From Octopus bimaculoides (lineage: Eukaryota), in NCBI RefSeq assembly GCF_001194135.2, contig NC_069003.1, positions 29,576,334 through 29,626,503 of the forward strand: 50,170 bases of DNA. Direction: 5' to 3'. The translations under genes were made by a program, and so were the position numbers. Shown here piece after piece: positions 49,698 to 50,170 of this stretch. Under the pieces are notes generated by a model. The model had not been told where the DNA came from, made no database searches, and worked only from the letters and a program-made list of their open reading frames with translations. Position 1 is the first letter of the stretch. Every line of letters begins with the position of its first letter.

Positions 49698-50170
49698 GAT
49701 TTTGTTTATATCGCCAGACGTTTTCCTTAATGATATGATAATTTGGAGAGAACTCTTAAATCTTTCGATTATCTTCCCTTCTCAAGTGAAGCTTGCCTTA
49801 CATTTTATTTGATAATTACGACACACCCTCAAGAACCGGAAATGTTTTAATAAATCAATATTTTCCTGTTGCATGGTATATATAATAAACATAACTACAT
49901 TCAGCATCACTGCTATTTCTACTTTGTCATGAGACCACATAGAGGCAATCTTGTTCATCACGCATTTTTTCTTTTTTTTTTTGCGGAGGGGAAGGGGTGA
50001 TTAATAACTTATGTTGTGAATTGGGAAAATAAATATGCAAAACCAAGTTGTATTCCACATGGAAATAAAACCTCTATCTGATCAAAGACACTTGTTCATG
50101 GGCCATTGCCTAGACGAAGAAATTTGCATTTCCCTCTACTGAATAAATTTAAAAGATTTTCTTTTAAACT

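Overview
AT-rich, repeat-dense eukaryotic non-coding DNA with 14 assembly gaps, most next to microsatellites. The SINE families and microsatellite load resemble an octopus (cephalopod) short-read assembly; this is an inference from recalled repeat families, not a database hit. There is no complete gene, rRNA, intact tRNA or CRISPR array, and nearly all ORF-track entries are artefacts of N-runs, microsatellites or SINEs. Contents: three tRNA-derived SINE families; decayed LINE pieces (RTE, Tx1/L1-like, R4/Dong-like RLE); DNA-transposon relics (mariner MITEs, a DD37D maT transposase remnant, a hAT MITE with an 8-bp TSD, a MULE/foldback-type MITE with a 9-bp TSD); a possible intron-containing integrase relic; and a 58-bp telomere-like minisatellite. 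Several short minus-strand exon candidates (41301-41362, 31658-31759, 8385-8437, 6259-6363) may belong to one unidentified large-intron gene. The best leads are a tRNA-headed, microsatellite-linked element carrying a minimal Penelope-type hammerhead ribozyme (13310-13594), a second hammerhead-like motif (49659-49697), TAA-microsatellite-associated retroelements (35898-37690), and inverted SINEs bracketing a micro-exon (8140-8620).
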